From Mustelus asterias (Eukaryota): a stretch of 64,000 nt of DNA. The notes under the pieces were generated by a model, which saw nothing but the letters and a program-made list of their open reading frames with translations, was not told where the DNA came from and ran no database searches. The stretch covers positions 62,001-126,000 of the forward strand of contig NW_027590498.1 of the NCBI RefSeq assembly GCF_964213995.1, given 5' to 3'. A program made the translations under genes and the position numbers. Positions within the stretch are counted from its first letter, which is position 1, and each line of letters starts with the position of its first letter. Positions 39,016 to 51,774 of the stretch are shown in pieces.

Positions 39016-39714
39016 GTGTACATGTGACCAGCTGCTCATTGCCCCCTATGAGGATGGCGGCTGTTAACCTGGGCCCATCACCCGGGCAATGCCCAGAGCT
39101 GCCAACCCTAATGGGGCAAATGTGGATTTGGGATTTGCAGCCTGAGGGAAGTGTTTGTGAATCTTCCTCGCCCACACACTGACTCTCTGCCATCCTGCCA
39201 CTGATTGTGCAAGAAATCATTTGATTTTTAAAACTGGGATGTTAACAGGAGGGAAAGCTGAGTAAATCCTGTCAGAGACAGGAAGTGTCTGAACCCTTTC
39301 TCAGTGTGACTGTCCGACTGTGTCACTGAATGGGACGAGTTAATCCCTTTCATCATGCAGCTGGTAAGCTCTCCCCCAGCAGGACTGGATCGAGCTTCCA
39401 GCTCAGATAGGTGACTGAATCCCACCCTCAGTCAATATCAACAACAAGCTGCATTTATATAGCACCTCTACCATCCTCAACACACCCCAAAACCCTTCAC
39501 AGGAACGTTGACGGTCTCACAGTGGGCTCTGATGAAAGGTCATCGAGCAAACATGAAGACTGTTTCTCCCTTCATAGATGGAGACTGAACATCTGAGTAT
39601 TTCCCAAACCTGGAGGATTTTGCTTTTGGCCAATGTTAAGACCTGTGATTCCTGATATGTTTGAGTTTAAATCTCCAATTTGGTCCCCAGAATACCCAGG
39701 AAAATATCTGTAAA

Positions 39715-40457
39715 GTAAAAAGGAGGCAGGAGTTATACAATAAATGGCAGAGCCATCAAGAGTATAGAAACACAGAGGGACCTAGGTGTGCAAGTCCACA
39801 AATCCTTGAAGGTGGCAACGCAGGTGGAGAAGGTGGTGAAGAAGGCATATGGGATGCTTGCCTTTATAGGACAGGGTATAGAGTATAAAAGCTGGAGTCT
39901 GATGATGCAGCTGTATAGAACGCTGGTTAGGCCACATTTGGAGTACTGCGTCCAGTTCTGGTCGCCGCACTACCAGAAGGACGTGGAGGCGTTAGAGAGA
40001 GTGCAGAGAAGGTTTACCAGGATGTTGCCTGGTATGGAGGATCTTAGCTATGAGGAGAGATTGGGTAAACTGGGGTTGTTCTCCCTGGAAAGACGGAGAA
40101 TGAGGGGAGATCTAATAGAGGTGTACAAGATTATGAATGGTATAGATAGGGTGAACAGTGGGAAGCTTTTTCCCAGATCAGAAGTGACGGTCACGAGGGG
40201 TCACGGGCTCAAGGTGAGAGGGTCGAAGTATAACTCAGATATTAGAGCGATGTTTTTTACACAGAGGGTGGTGGGCGCTGCCAAGTAGGGTGGTGGAGGC
40301 AGACACGCTGACATCGTTTAAGACTTACCTGGATAGTCACATGAGCAGCCTGGGAATGGAGGGATACAAACGATTGGTCTCGTTGGACCAAGGAGCGGCA
40401 CAGGCTTGGAGGGCCGAAGGGCCTGTTTCCTGTGCTGTACTGTTCTTTGTTCTTTGG
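39715..40457 (+). mobile_element. CR1 (family A-related) 3' end
   Basis: ORFs 39788-40288 and 40290 onward; tgttctttgttctttg tail. Confidence 0.9.
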
Positions 40458-40489
40458 TTACAGGGAAGGTGGAAGCTCTTCATACCGGA

Positions 40490-41275
40490 TGACACCAATC
40501 TCTTTATACCCGAAACAAACCAAGACCACAGTCACTGACACCAATCTCCTTCTGTCTGATATAAACCCCACACTGACACCAATCTCCTCCTGTCTGATAT
40601 AAACCCCACACTGACACCAATCTCCTCCTGTCTGATATAAACCCCACACTGACACCAATCTCCTCCTGTCTGATATAAACCCCACAGTCACTGACACCAA
40701 TCTCCTCCTGTCTGATATAAACCCCACACTGACACCAATCTCCTCCTGTCTGATATAAACCCCACACTGACACCAATCTCCTCCTGTCTGATATAAACCC
40801 CACACTGACACCAATCTCCTCCTGTCTGATATAAACCCCACACTGACACCAATCTCCTCCTGTCTGATATAAACCCCACACTGACACCAATCTCCTCCTG
40901 TCTGATATAAACCCCACACTGACACCAATCTCCTCCTGTCTGATATAAACCCCACACTGACACCAATCTCCTCCTGTCTGATATAAACCCGTGTGGTTTT
41001 TGCTACCAAATAAACCTGTTGGACTTTAACCTGGTGTTGTTAAACTTCTTACTGTGATATAAACCCCACAGTCACTTTAACCTGGTGTTGTTAAACTTCT
41101 TACTGTGTTTACCCCAGTCCAACGCCGGCATCTCCACATCATGATATAAACCCCACAGTCACTGACACCAACCTCCTCCTGTCTGATACAAAACCCCACA
41201 CTGACACCAATCTCCTCCTGTCTGATATAAACCCCAGCCACTGACACCAACCTCCTCCTATCTGATTATAATGTA
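40490..41275 (+). repeat. 38-bp minisatellite (about 15 units)
   Basis: Unit ctgacaccaatctcctcctgtctgatataaaccccaca, with an occasional +gtca variant; interrupted at 40991-41142. Confidence 0.95.
40991..41142 (+). mobile_element. PLE family 1 end (partial tandem) within the minisatellite
   Basis: gtgtggtttttgctaccaaataaacctgttgg... then target-derived spacer, then a second copy with the ccagtccaacgccggcatctccacatcat tail. Confidence 0.8.
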
Positions 41276-41797
41276 GCCCCACATTCTCAGAAAGAATATA
41301 CACAAGTTTGTTATTTCGATTGGACTTTTTCCATTCCTGAGCTGAGGGGATTTCTGTACCACACGGGATGGGTAACATTTGGAGCCTCTCAATTCTCCAT
41401 CAATTCCCATTCCCCTTCTTTCTGGTGGATAACGGAGCTCTCACTGTGTGTAATGTGCAGGTCAGCAAGAATTGTCAGCAAGGATTAATCAGCACTTTCT
41501 AATTGGAGATGTTCATCAGTGGAACCTCTCAAACATTTGTAGAGTTTGAACCAAAGATCAATTTAGGATTCAAGTAAAAGTTTAATACTTGTGCGAAAAT
41601 AATTGCTGGTGGAATTCTCTGAATTCAGGGGAATGACCATAGACACATATTCTGAAAGGGAGACTGCAGGCCCAAGAACATAATCAGCCAATTATGGTTG
41701 TTAACATCAGATAAAGAAACCTGAATTGTCAGAATGAAATGGTTCAGTACTGGGCATTGTGAATGCCAGCAACATCAGTGGAATCCAAACCCTTCAG

Positions 41798-42390
41798 TCA
41801 CTTGTGAACTTGCTGGTGTGTCAGCAGGTGGGCTGACTGACTGAATCCCCTCTCACACACTGAACAGGTGAATGGCTTCTCCCGGGTATGAATTCGCTGG
41901 TGTGTCAGAAGGTTGGATGAAGTTGTGAACCCTTTCTCACACATGGAACAAATGAATGGCCTCTTGCCAGTATGAACGCGCTGGTGTGTCAGAAGGTTTG
42001 ATGAATTAGTGAATCTCTTCTCACACACAGAGCAGGTGAATGGCCTCTCCCCAGTGTGAACTCGCTGGTGTGTCAGCAGCTGGGATAACTGAGTGAATCC
42101 CCTCCCACAAACAGAGCAGGTGAATGGCTTCTCTCCAGTATGAACTCTCCAGTGTATCAGAAGCTCAGATGACTGCGCAAATCCCTTCCCACACACACAA
42201 CAGGGGAACGGTCTCTCCCCTGTGTGAAATCGCTGGTGTCTCAGCAGAGTGGTTGACTGAGTGAATCCCTTCCCACACACAGAGCAGGTGAATGGCTTCT
42301 CTCCAGTGTGACTGCGTCGATGAATTTCCAGCAGGGATGGGTATTTGAATCCCTTTCCACAATCCCCACATTTACACGGTTTCCCTGTGG
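41798..42390 (-). pseudogene. C2H2 ZNF, 7 clean fingers but family ATG lost
   Basis: accATGgagaaaccg has become accACAgggaaaccg; in-frame TGA upstream; frame open to HQQVHK*. Confidence 0.65.
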
Positions 42391-42974
42391 TGCTGGTATC
42401 CTTGTTTCTCTCCAGGTTGGTTGATCAGTTCAAGCCTCGTACATAGTACACGTGGATTCTATCTGCTTCAAATGTTGAAATGTTTTAAAGGCTATGCAAC
42501 TTGTTAAAACAATCTTCCCTCCACATTCAAAGGCCAATGATACTCACACTCTGATTCATTGAGTATCAGATGTTGATGCGATGTTTGGTTTGCATTTCCT
42601 ATCTCCAAATCCTCTGCTTCTAATAACCTGATAAAGGAGTTTAAAAAGTCATCACTGTCAGTACAAGATGGAAATTCAGAACAGACAGTTCTCATTTGGT
42701 GGAATATTTTTCACTTTCATTCCCCAAATGACTTTGACCCTGAATTGATCCTTAATTAAATATTTTCTCCACAAATCCTCAGCTTCTAATATGCTGTCAA
42801 TGGGGTTTACAAATGTAACCAAATGTCAGTCCAGGACAGAAACTCTGAACAGACAATTCTAGTTTCTCTGGAACATTTTATCCTATCTTGTTCCCCCAAA
42901 TCTGTCAATTCCCGTCCCACACACTCTCTGGATATCCAAATTAAGTTTTAGATAATTTTTTCCAGATCCTTTTA

Positions 42975-43262
42975 AAGTAAAGTCCATTTATTAGTCACAA
43001 GTAGGCTTACATTAACACTGCAATGAAGTTACCATGAAAATCCCCGAGTCGCCACACTCCAGCGTCTGTTCGGGTACACTGAGAGAGAATTTAGCATGGC
43101 CAATGCACCTAACCAGCACATTTTTCAGATTGTGGGAGGAAACCGGAGCACCCGGAGGAAACCCACGCAGACACGGGGAGGACATGCAAACTCCACACAG
43201 ACCCAATCCGGGAAACGAACCCAGGTCCCTGGCGCTGAAAAGCAGCAGTGCTAACCACTGTA
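42975..43262 (-). mobile_element. V-SINE variant with alternative tail
   Basis: Same family as 32950-33250. Confidence 0.8.
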
Positions 43263-43599
43263 CCTGACAAATTTAACAAAAAAATCCAATTTTAACAAAA
43301 ATAACAAACTGAACATAATTTCATTCATACCTTGTGACAAAACAGGAATCTGAATCTTGTGCCAGAATGGAATGTGTGGAGATTTTCTCAGAGAAGCCTC
43401 AGTCACCCTCACTGAGACTAACTTTAAATTGTAAATTGTATTAATTGAATGGATTTGAAGCCCTGTCCCCAGAACATTGTGCTGTCTCTCTGGATTACTA
43501 ATGCAGTGACATTGTCACTCGGTCAGTGTGTCCCCTTCTCTCTTTGTTGGAGATGGTTTGAGGGGAGAAGCCGGAAGCAGTGGACAGGGAGAGTGGAGA

Positions 43600-44165
43600 A
43601 TGTTCATTGTAAACCCCGCCCCCCCGGCACTGACCTCTCACCCGACACCTCACAATGCCCGGGGACTGATTGACGGCAGCTCCGGGCCAATAGAAGGAGA
43701 GGAGGCTGGACGGTCGCGAGGGAGCTGCTGGTCCTCCGACCAATCGGAGTGAATGAGGGGCGGGGCTGAGTGAAGCATGCGCAGTGTGATTAATGGCGGT
43801 GGAGACATTCTTTCTCGGATCCACAATCAGTAAAGGTGGGAATGGCGGGGCGGAGGACGCGATAGACCAGGCGGGGGTTTGGAGAGGCGTCCTAAACATG
43901 TTACGTAAGCTGCGAACTCTTAAAAAGAACCCAGCGATATCAGAGGATGGTCCCGGCCCTCAGCGCAGAGCCTCAGCATTCTCCCAGTTACAGACCCGGG
44001 TTAATCAGGGCCATCGTCATCGGGGCACGAGCAACACGGCGCGTGCGCAGTCGCCGTCTTCAGTCGGCGCACAAGCAACACGGCGCATGCGCAGTAGCCG
44101 TCTTCAGTCGGCGCACGAGCAACACGGCGCATGCGCAGTCGCCATCTTTGTTTGGGGCAATGTTT
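43600..44165. promoter_or_regulatory. CpG island, probable bidirectional promoter between divergent ZNFs (41798- and 45941+)
   Basis: Reverse copy of the cassette core (ccaat twice, ggggcgggg, gcatgcgca) plus NRF1/YY1 repeats. Confidence 0.65.
44010..44150 (+). repeat. 44-bp tandem repeat x3 carrying NRF1 and YY1-like sites
   Basis: gcacgagcaacacggcgcatgcgcagtcgccgtcttcagtcggc starts at 44025, 44069 and 44113. Confidence 0.85.
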
Positions 44166-44832
44166 TGGAATTACCACTGACAGAATGTGAATAATTTGAC
44201 CATCAAACTGCTTTACCCTTTCACTTCCAATTTCTTACTGACGAGAACAACGATATCAGGGCAGTTGCAATCATTTATATTCATATTGTGTCTTTAACAT
44301 AATAAAACAGCCCCAGACATTTTCTCACAAATATTAGACAGTGACATTTGATACTGAGCTATATTAGGACAGGTGACCAAATGTTTGGTCAAAGAGGTGG
44401 GTTTTAAAGAAAGCAGAGGTGATGGACAGGCAGAGAGATTTGAAGAAGAGATTGCAGAGCTTGTGGCCTGTGCAACTGAAAGGATGATTTGTAATGGTAT
44501 AATGATTAAAACTGAGAATGCTCAAGAGGAATTAGATTATCGTTGAGATCTCAGAGGAGTGTGTGGCTGGAGAAGATTAGACACAGGAATGATTGTAACC
44601 ATGGAGGAAAACAAAGATGAGAATTTTATAATTCTGATGCTTCTTAAAAGGAAGCATTTGTAGATCAGCAAGCATAGGGGCGATGGGTGAACATGATTTG
44701 GTGTGAGTAAGCATATGGGCAGTTTAGGATGGTTTGGAGGGGGTTGCTTAATGTTGGAGGCCGGTTGGAACTGTATTGGAATTGTTTAGTCTGGAGGTAA
44801 GAAAGGAATGGATGATGGATTCTGCAGCGACA

Positions 44833-45146
44833 TGATGGCACAGTGGTTAGCACTGCTGCCTCACAGTGCCAGGGACCCGGGTTTGATTCCCAGCTTGGGT
44901 CACTGTCTGTCTGGAGTCTCCACATTCTCCCCGTGTCTGCGTGGGTTTCCTCCGGGTGCTCCGGTTTCCTCCCATACTCCAGAGATGTGTGGATTAAGTT
45001 GATTGGCTATGCTAAGTTGCCCCTTAGTGTCAGGGTTTAGCAGGGTAAATACATGGGGCAATGGGGATAGGGCCGAGGTGGGATTGTTGTCGGTGTGGGC
45101 TTTATGGGCCGAATGTCCTCCTTCTGCACTGTAGAGATTCTATGAT
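44833..45146 (+). mobile_element. HE1-type V-SINE
   Basis: Consensus sequence. Confidence 0.85.
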
Positions 45147-45940
45147 TAACTGAGGCTAAGGCAGAGTTGGGGGATGTTACTGAGGTGGAAATAGATGATT
45201 TTGGTGATGATGATGATGTGGATATGTGGTCGAAAACTCTTCTCAAGTAAGACACCATGGTTGTGAACAACTTAGTTCAGCTTCAGATATTTAACATGGA
45301 GAGGGTGGAGTCAGTTATGAGGGTGGTGAAGTTTGTAGTGGGGACTGAAGACAATGACTCCAGTCTTCCCGATATTCAAATGCTGGAAACTTCTGCTCAT
45401 GCAGTAATTGATGTCAGACAAGTCAGGATGTTGTATGAGTTGGAGGGGAACTAGGAGGTGATAATCTTCACATGCACCTACTACCCTGGTCCAGCTAAAT
45501 GGTGGAGGTTGAGAGATTAGGAGATTCTCTCAGAGTTCTGGTCAGGATGTAGATGTAGAGAAACCCTCTCCTTCACCCTCTGATTCTTCCACCTCTCTCT
45601 CACCCCTTCGATAGATATTGGTTCATGTGTCAGTCCAGACCAGGCGGCAGGTTTCCTTCCCTGAAGCACATTAGTGAATCAGTTGGGTTTTTATGACTAT
45701 CCAGCAGTTTTCATGGTCACTTTTTCTTAATGCCGGCCCCACAAATTACCCCATTCATTCAGCTCAATTTCACAACCTGTTTTTGTGTGTTCTCTCTCAC
45801 TCCCTTTTTTTCTGTTTTAAATCAATTTCACAGTGTCTTAGAAGATTAGGATTTGCAGTTGGGAAACTGAAACCAAATTCCACATCAGGATCTCAGAGTC
45901 GCCTAATTTTTTGTGACCGGAATATCATCGGATTTTGAAC

Positions 45941-46810
45941 ATGGAAGGAAAAAGCACCGTTCACAGTGGGGAGAAACCGTACTCGTGTTCCGTTTGTGGA
46001 CAAGACTTCAACCAATCATCTGGCCTGTTCAAACATAAATGCAGTCATGATGGGGAGAAGCCGTGGAAATGTGGGGTCTGTGGGAAGGGATTCAATTACC
46101 CATCCCAGCTGGAAACCCATCGGCGTGGTCACACCGGGGAGAGGCCGTTCACCTGCTCGGACTGCGGGAAGGGATTCACTAAGTTATCCACCCTGCAAAA
46201 TCACCAGCGCACACACACTGGGCAGAGGCCATTCACCTGCTCTTTGTGTGGGAAGGGATTCACTCAGTCATCCACCCTGATTAAACACAAACTAATTCAC
46301 ACTGGGGAGAGGCCATTCACCTGCTCTGTGTGTGGGATGGGATTCACTCAGTCATCCACGCTGCTGACACACCAGCGAGTTCACACCGGGGAGAAGCGAT
46401 TCACCTGCTCTGAGTGTGGAAAGGGATTCACTCACAAATCCACCCTGCTGACACACCAGCAAGTTCACACGAGGCAGAGACCATTCACCTGCTCCCAGTG
46501 TGGGAAGGGATTTGTTAATTCATCCATCCTAATTACACACCAAAGAGGCCACACTGATGAGAGACCGTTTAAGTGTCTGAAGTGTGGGAAATGTTTTAAA
46601 ACCTCGCAGGAACTGGTGTCCCATCAACAAGTTCACACTGACGAGAAACCATTCAGATGCTCTCACTGTGGGACTGGGTTCAGGCGATCATCTCATCTCA
46701 CTGTCCATCAGCGGGTTCACACCGGGGAGAGACCATTCACCTGCGCCAAGTGTGGGAAGAGATTCACTCAGTCATCCGCATTGCTGAGACACCAGCAAGT
46801 TCATAAATAA
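45941..46810 (+). CDS. C2H2 zinc-finger protein (10 fingers, intact)
   Basis: aacATGg start, [14 protein letters not shown], 10 fingers, ends HQQVHK*; acceptor tttcacag near 45833. Confidence 0.9.
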   Translation: MEGKSTVHSGEKPYSCSVCGQDFNQSSGLFKHKCSHDGEKPWKCGVCGKGFNYPSQLETHRRGHTGERPFTCSDCGKGFTKLSTLQNHQRTHTGQRPFTCSLCGKGFTQSSTLIKHKLIHTGERPFTCSVCGMGFTQSSTLLTHQRVHTGEKRFTCSECGKGFTHKSTLLTHQQVHTRQRPFTCSQCGKGFVNSSILITHQRGHTDERPFKCLKCGKCFKTSQELVSHQQVHTDEKPFRCSHCGTGFRRSSHLTVHQRVHTGERPFTCAKCGKRFTQSSALLRHQQVHK

Positions 46811-47712
46811 CTGGAGATTGGATGTTGTTGTCAGTCACACTGGTCTGCACCTGCTGATGTTAATAAACTTCAGGCCAGTTATAGAGGCGAATATTCTGAA
46901 CAACATTCAAATACACCGTCTTTGTGTTAATGTATTCGCTGTTGTCTTTTTAAAAAATCTGTGAATGGTTCTCCTTTTGAAGGGCCTCTCTCCCGTCTCC
47001 TCCGTCCTCATCTTCAACAACAAGTGTGAGGAGCTCGTGGAGCTTCTTTGTCTCTCAGATTGAGACAATCTGATCAGCTGCCTCCCTCCCTTCCACTGGA
47101 CCACCAGACAAAACTCTCTCTGAAATTTCCCTTTCTCCAAGTACTGAACTCACATCTTTCTCCAATTCCTCTGCTATCTCCCATCAAACCCTCTCACTGC
47201 TCATCTTGTCCATGAGACCTCCCTTCATCTCCCTTTACCCTCTAAACCACTGATAACCCAACTTCCCCACATTATCTAATATTGTCAATGGTTCTCTCTT
47301 TTGACACTGTCCCTCTCATCTGTAACTCACCTTCACTGGTAAATCTCCTCTGCACCCCCTCCAATGTAATCACATCCTTCTTATAATGTGGCGACCAGAA
47401 CTGCACACAGTATTCTAGCAGTGACCTCACCACAGTTCTATGCAACTCCAACATGACTTCCTTGCTTTTGTAATCTATACCTCAATTGATAAAGGCAAGT
47501 GTCCTACATGCCTTTTTCACCAGCCTACTAACATACACTTCTGTCCTCAGAGATCTATGGACAATCACACCCAGGTCCCTTTGTTCCACAGAGCTTACTA
47601 GTGTCATGCCATTCATTGAATTTTTCCTTGTCAAATTACTCCTTCCAAAAAGTGGAGCACTCTGAGCAAACCTATGCAGACACAGGGAGAACGTGCAAAC
47701 TCCACACAGAGA

Positions 47713-47985
47713 GCTGTGGCACAGTGGTTAGCACTGCTACCTCAGAGTGCCAGGGATCCGGTTCAATTCCGGTCTTGGGTGACTGTGTGGAGTTTGCACG
47801 TTCTCTCCGTATCTGCATGGGTTTCCTCCGGGTGCTCAGGTTTCCTCCCACAGTCTGAAAGACATGCTGGTTCGGTGCATTGGCCGTGCTAAATTCTCCT
47901 TCAGTACACCCAAACAGGCGTCGAGTGTGGCGACTAGGGGATTTTCATAGTAACTTCATTGCAGTGTTAATGTAAGCTTACTCGT
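47713..47985 (+). mobile_element. V-SINE variant nested in an antisense HE1 remnant
   Basis: Alternative tail; flanked by reverse SINE pieces 47650-47710 and 47990-48048. Confidence 0.7.
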
Positions 47986-49614
47986 ACTACCTGAGCCCAG
48001 GATTGAACTCAGGTCCCTGGTGCTGCTGATCACTGTGCCACCCTGCTGCCTGTGTTTTGAAAAATCATGTTAAAATCTGGAACTCAGATGGAACTATAGA
48101 TTGGTGTTGAGTGGGGAGGTGTGGATCACTGCATTACTCCAGAGTGCCTTGGAATCAGATTTACAGAATGGATTCCTGTAATAGCAACAATCCCATTGCT
48201 ATATGTTGGTCAGACTGAGGAAAGTATTTAAACTGGACACCACAGGTGTGTTAAAGGATAACGTACTCATGGAATTTATGAACTATCTGAAAGAATATTG
48301 AGAGCAAAGAAATCAATCTGGAAAATTGTAGTCACTTCACGTTGTTCCAGGAGAAGTGGGATTAGGTTGTGTAGATGTCAGGTTTTACACAGCACACAGT
48401 CAGCCTGTGGTTTCACCCTGGATGAAGAATCTCTGAATTGTACCATTCAAATCACTCAATGGGTTTATCAGGGGCCAGAATGTCTGCTCAGAAAGAGGAA
48501 GGTTGGTGTGAAACCAATGAGAAGTAACACACACACTCACAGACACCCTTACACACACACTCACAGACACCCTTACACAGACACCCTCACACACACACAG
48601 ACTCTCAGATGCCTCAAAATATCTCCTGTTACTTTATTCTTAGTTTTTTTGAAATAAATCCTGAATTATAAAATCACACACAAATACTTGTTGAGCTTCC
48701 CCTGAAAGACATCGATACTGTTCATTTCACTCCCTGTGGTCATGATTTCCATATTCTCACCACTCTTTGGGTGGAGAAATTTATCTTGGATTTCCTATTG
48801 GGTTTCTTGGCGACTGTCTTGTATTGATGGTCTCCAGTTTTGCCTTTCTCCAAAAGAAGAAACATTATTTCAAAACCTTTTATAATTTTGAAGCCCTCTA
48901 TTAGGTTCCCCCTCAGCCTTAATTTTTCAAGAAAGCGTGAGCGTGTCAATCCTTTCCTGATAGATAACCAAACACACAGTTTAAAAATCATTTATGGGAT
49001 GTGGACATCGCTGGCTTGGCCAGCATTTATTGCTCACCTCTGATTGACCTTGAGAAGGTGGTGGTGAGCTGTTTTCTACATTTCTGGTATCATCATTAAA
49101 AATCATCTCTGTACCCTTCTCCAGTGCAGAGATATCTTTTTTATAATACGGTGACCAGAATGGCATGCAGTGGTCGGTAAGATTCTTGATCAGGGAGTCA
49201 CAGGTTATCCAAAAGTGGTTTGAGCTTATCCATGGTTTTAAATCAGAATATTAAGAAGCAACAATTTAGAAATGATGCATTGTAAACAGGGAAAGAAAAA
49301 CAGAAGACCCATGGCAGGTGACTAGCTGGGGTCTCAGCACTGATCCTGCATTACCCCAATAATCACTGCCTGCCAGTTGGAAAAAGACCTGTTTAATCTT
49401 ACTCTATTTCCTGTCTGCCAACAAGTTTTCAATCTCAATACATTCGCCCCAATCCCATGTGCTTCAATTTTTATGAAGAAGTTGCTGTGTTGGTGGACGA
49501 GGGGAATCGGGTTCACATTTTCTATCTCAGGGCATAATCATCAACAACTTGTATTTACACAGAGTGTTGTGGGGCTGGAGGAGGTTACTGAGATACTGAG
49601 GAACTTTTTTAAAT

Positions 49615-49955
49615 TAATTTTTACTGGATATAGGGGTCACTGGCTGGGCCAGCATTTCTTGCCCATCTCTAACTGCCCTCCATTTCAGAGGGCATTTGAG
49701 AGTCAACCACATTGCTGTGGGTCTGGAGTCACATGTAGGCCAGACCAAGTAAGGATGGCAGGTTTCCTTCCCGAAAGGACATGACTGAACCAGAGTGGTT
49801 TTGACAACGATCAACAATGGTTAAGGTTTGTCATTAGACTTTTAATTCGAGATTTTAATTGAATACAAATTTCACCATTGACTGTGGTGGAATTCGAACC
49901 TGGGTCCCCAGAGCCTTACCCTGAGTCCAGTGAAAATTCCACTGTGCCACTGCCT
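49615..49955 (-). mobile_element. Third-family SINE
   Basis: ccagcatttcttgcccatc..gaattcgaacctgggtcccc. Confidence 0.75.
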
Positions 49956-50021
49956 CAACTATTGATCCAATTGTTATTGTTTATCTCAGGGCGCAGAAAC
50001 AACAGAATCCAACTTTGCCGG

Positions 50022-51563
50022 TCACACATGAAGTCGTCTATGTTTCAGCAGGCTGTAATACTGATTAAATCCCTTCCCACACATGGAGCAGTTGAAAGGT
50101 TTTGCCCCAGTGTGAACTCGCTGGTGTCTCTGCAGGCGGGATGGATCAGTGAATCCCTTCCCACACAGGGAGCAGGCGAACGGTTCTGTCCCAGTGTGAA
50201 CTCGCTGGTGTCTCTGCAGGCTGGATACCTGAGTGTATCCCTTCCCACACACAGAGCAGGTGAACAGTCTCTCCCCGGTGTGAACTCGCTGGTGTCTCTG
50301 CAGGCAGGATGAATCAATGAATCCCTTCCCACACACAGAGCAGGTGAACGGCCTGTCCCCTGTGTGAATGTATTGGTGTCTCAGCAGGTCAGACGACTGA
50401 GTGAATCTCTTGCCACAAATGGAGCAGGAGAACGGCTTCTCCCCTGTGTGAGTGCGGCGGTGTGTCCGGAGGCTGGATGACTCGGTGAAAGCCTTCCCAC
50501 ACTCGGAGCAGATGAACACCCTCTCCCCGGTGTGAACAGGCCGATGTCTCAGCAGGTGTTGTGAAGAAGCAAATGCTTTCCCGCACACAGGGCAAACGTA
50601 AGGCCTCTCCCCTGTGTGAACACGCTCGTGCATCACAAGCTGGGATGAACAAGGAAACATCTTCCCACACACGGAGCAGAGGAATGGCCTCTCCCCAGTG
50701 TGAACTCGCCGGTGCCTCAGAAGATAGTAAGACCGAGTGAATTCCTTCCCACACACCGAGCAGGTGAACAGCTTCTCCCCAGTGTGAACTTGTTGGTGTG
50801 TCAGCTGGTCAGTTGATTGAACTTCTTCCTTTCTACACATTGAGGAGGTGAATGGTTTCCCTCCAGTGTGAATACTCTTGTGTGTCAAAAGGCGTGAAAA
50901 TCGAGTGAATCTCTTCCCACACAGGGAGCAGAGGAAAGGCCTCTCCCCAGTGTGAACTCGCTCGTGTGTCAGAAGATGAGATGAATGAGCAAATCTCTTC
51001 CCACAAACAGAACAGGGGTACGGCTTCTCCCCGGTGTGAGTGCCCTGGTGTCTCAGCAGACTAATCCTTCTTTTGAAGGTCTTCTCACATTTAAAGCATT
51101 TAAAATGTCTCTTCTGAGAATGAACCAGTTGGTGAACGGTGCAGTGGGAGGACTGAGTGAATCTCTTCCCACACTGGGAGCAGCTGAATGGCCTGTCCTT
51201 GGTGTGAACTTGTTGGTGCTCAGTGAGATGCACTGAGTCACTGAATGACTCTCCACAATGAGTGCAGCTGAACGGTCTCTCGTGTGTGTGAAGGAGCTGG
51301 TGCTCTGCAAGGCGGGAGGACTGGCTGAACCTCTTCCCGCAGTGGGAGCAGCTGAACGGTCTCTCGTCAATGTGAAGGAGCTGGTGTTGGGCCTGTTCCT
51401 CAGACGTCTCAACGCTGTCCCCAGAGTCAGAGCTTTGAAGAGGCTTCTCATCAATGTGATCGAGTTGGTGAGCCAGCAGGTTGGACGAACACATGAATTT
51501 CTTCCCACACACGGAGCAGGTGAATGAACTCTCACTGTTGCGAGCTCGCTGTCGTGTCAGCAT
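50022..51563 (-). CDS. Large C2H2 zinc-finger protein (about 16 intact + 2 degenerate fingers)
   Basis: Long open frame with repeated HTGERPF linkers; first ATG at 51563, true start uncertain. Confidence 0.85.
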   Translation of the reverse strand: MLTRQRARNSESSFTCSVCGKKFMCSSNLLAHQLDHIDEKPLQSSDSGDSVETSEEQAQHQLLHIDERPFSCSHCGKRFSQSSRLAEHQLLHTHERPFSCTHCGESFSDSVHLTEHQQVHTKDRPFSCSQCGKRFTQSSHCTVHQLVHSQKRHFKCFKCEKTFKRRISLLRHQGTHTGEKPYPCSVCGKRFAHSSHLLTHERVHTGERPFLCSLCGKRFTRFSRLLTHKSIHTGGKPFTSSMCRKEEVQSTDQLTHQQVHTGEKLFTCSVCGKEFTRSYYLLRHRRVHTGERPFLCSVCGKMFPCSSQLVMHERVHTGERPYVCPVCGKAFASSQHLLRHRPVHTGERVFICSECGKAFTESSSLRTHRRTHTGEKPFSCSICGKRFTQSSDLLRHQYIHTGDRPFTCSVCGKGFIDSSCLQRHQRVHTGERLFTCSVCGKGYTQVSSLQRHQRVHTGTEPFACSLCGKGFTDPSRLQRHQRVHTGAKPFNCSMCGKGFNQYYSLLKHRRLHV

Positions 51564-51774
51564 GTTTACCAGCTGATCAATCCCTTCCCACACGAGGAGC
51601 AGATGAACGGATTCTCACCAGTTTCCAACTGAGATGGTCAATTAAATCCCTTCAGATGCACAAATTTTCAGATCCCGATGAACCGATTGACTCTGTCAGA
51701 CGTGAGATTCGATCATCCAGACTGCAGATCCTTCTCTTCAATTTCCTGCAAAATAAGTTTACAAAGAATTACAT

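Noticed and set aside
40490-41275. CRISPR-like regular array and repeat ORFs 40458-41009
   Set aside because: Units are contiguous with no unique spacers, there are no cas genes and the context is eukaryotic. The ORFs are translation artefacts of a minisatellite.
48530-48602. 24-bp CA-rich repeat
   Set aside because: Ordinary degenerate microsatellite.
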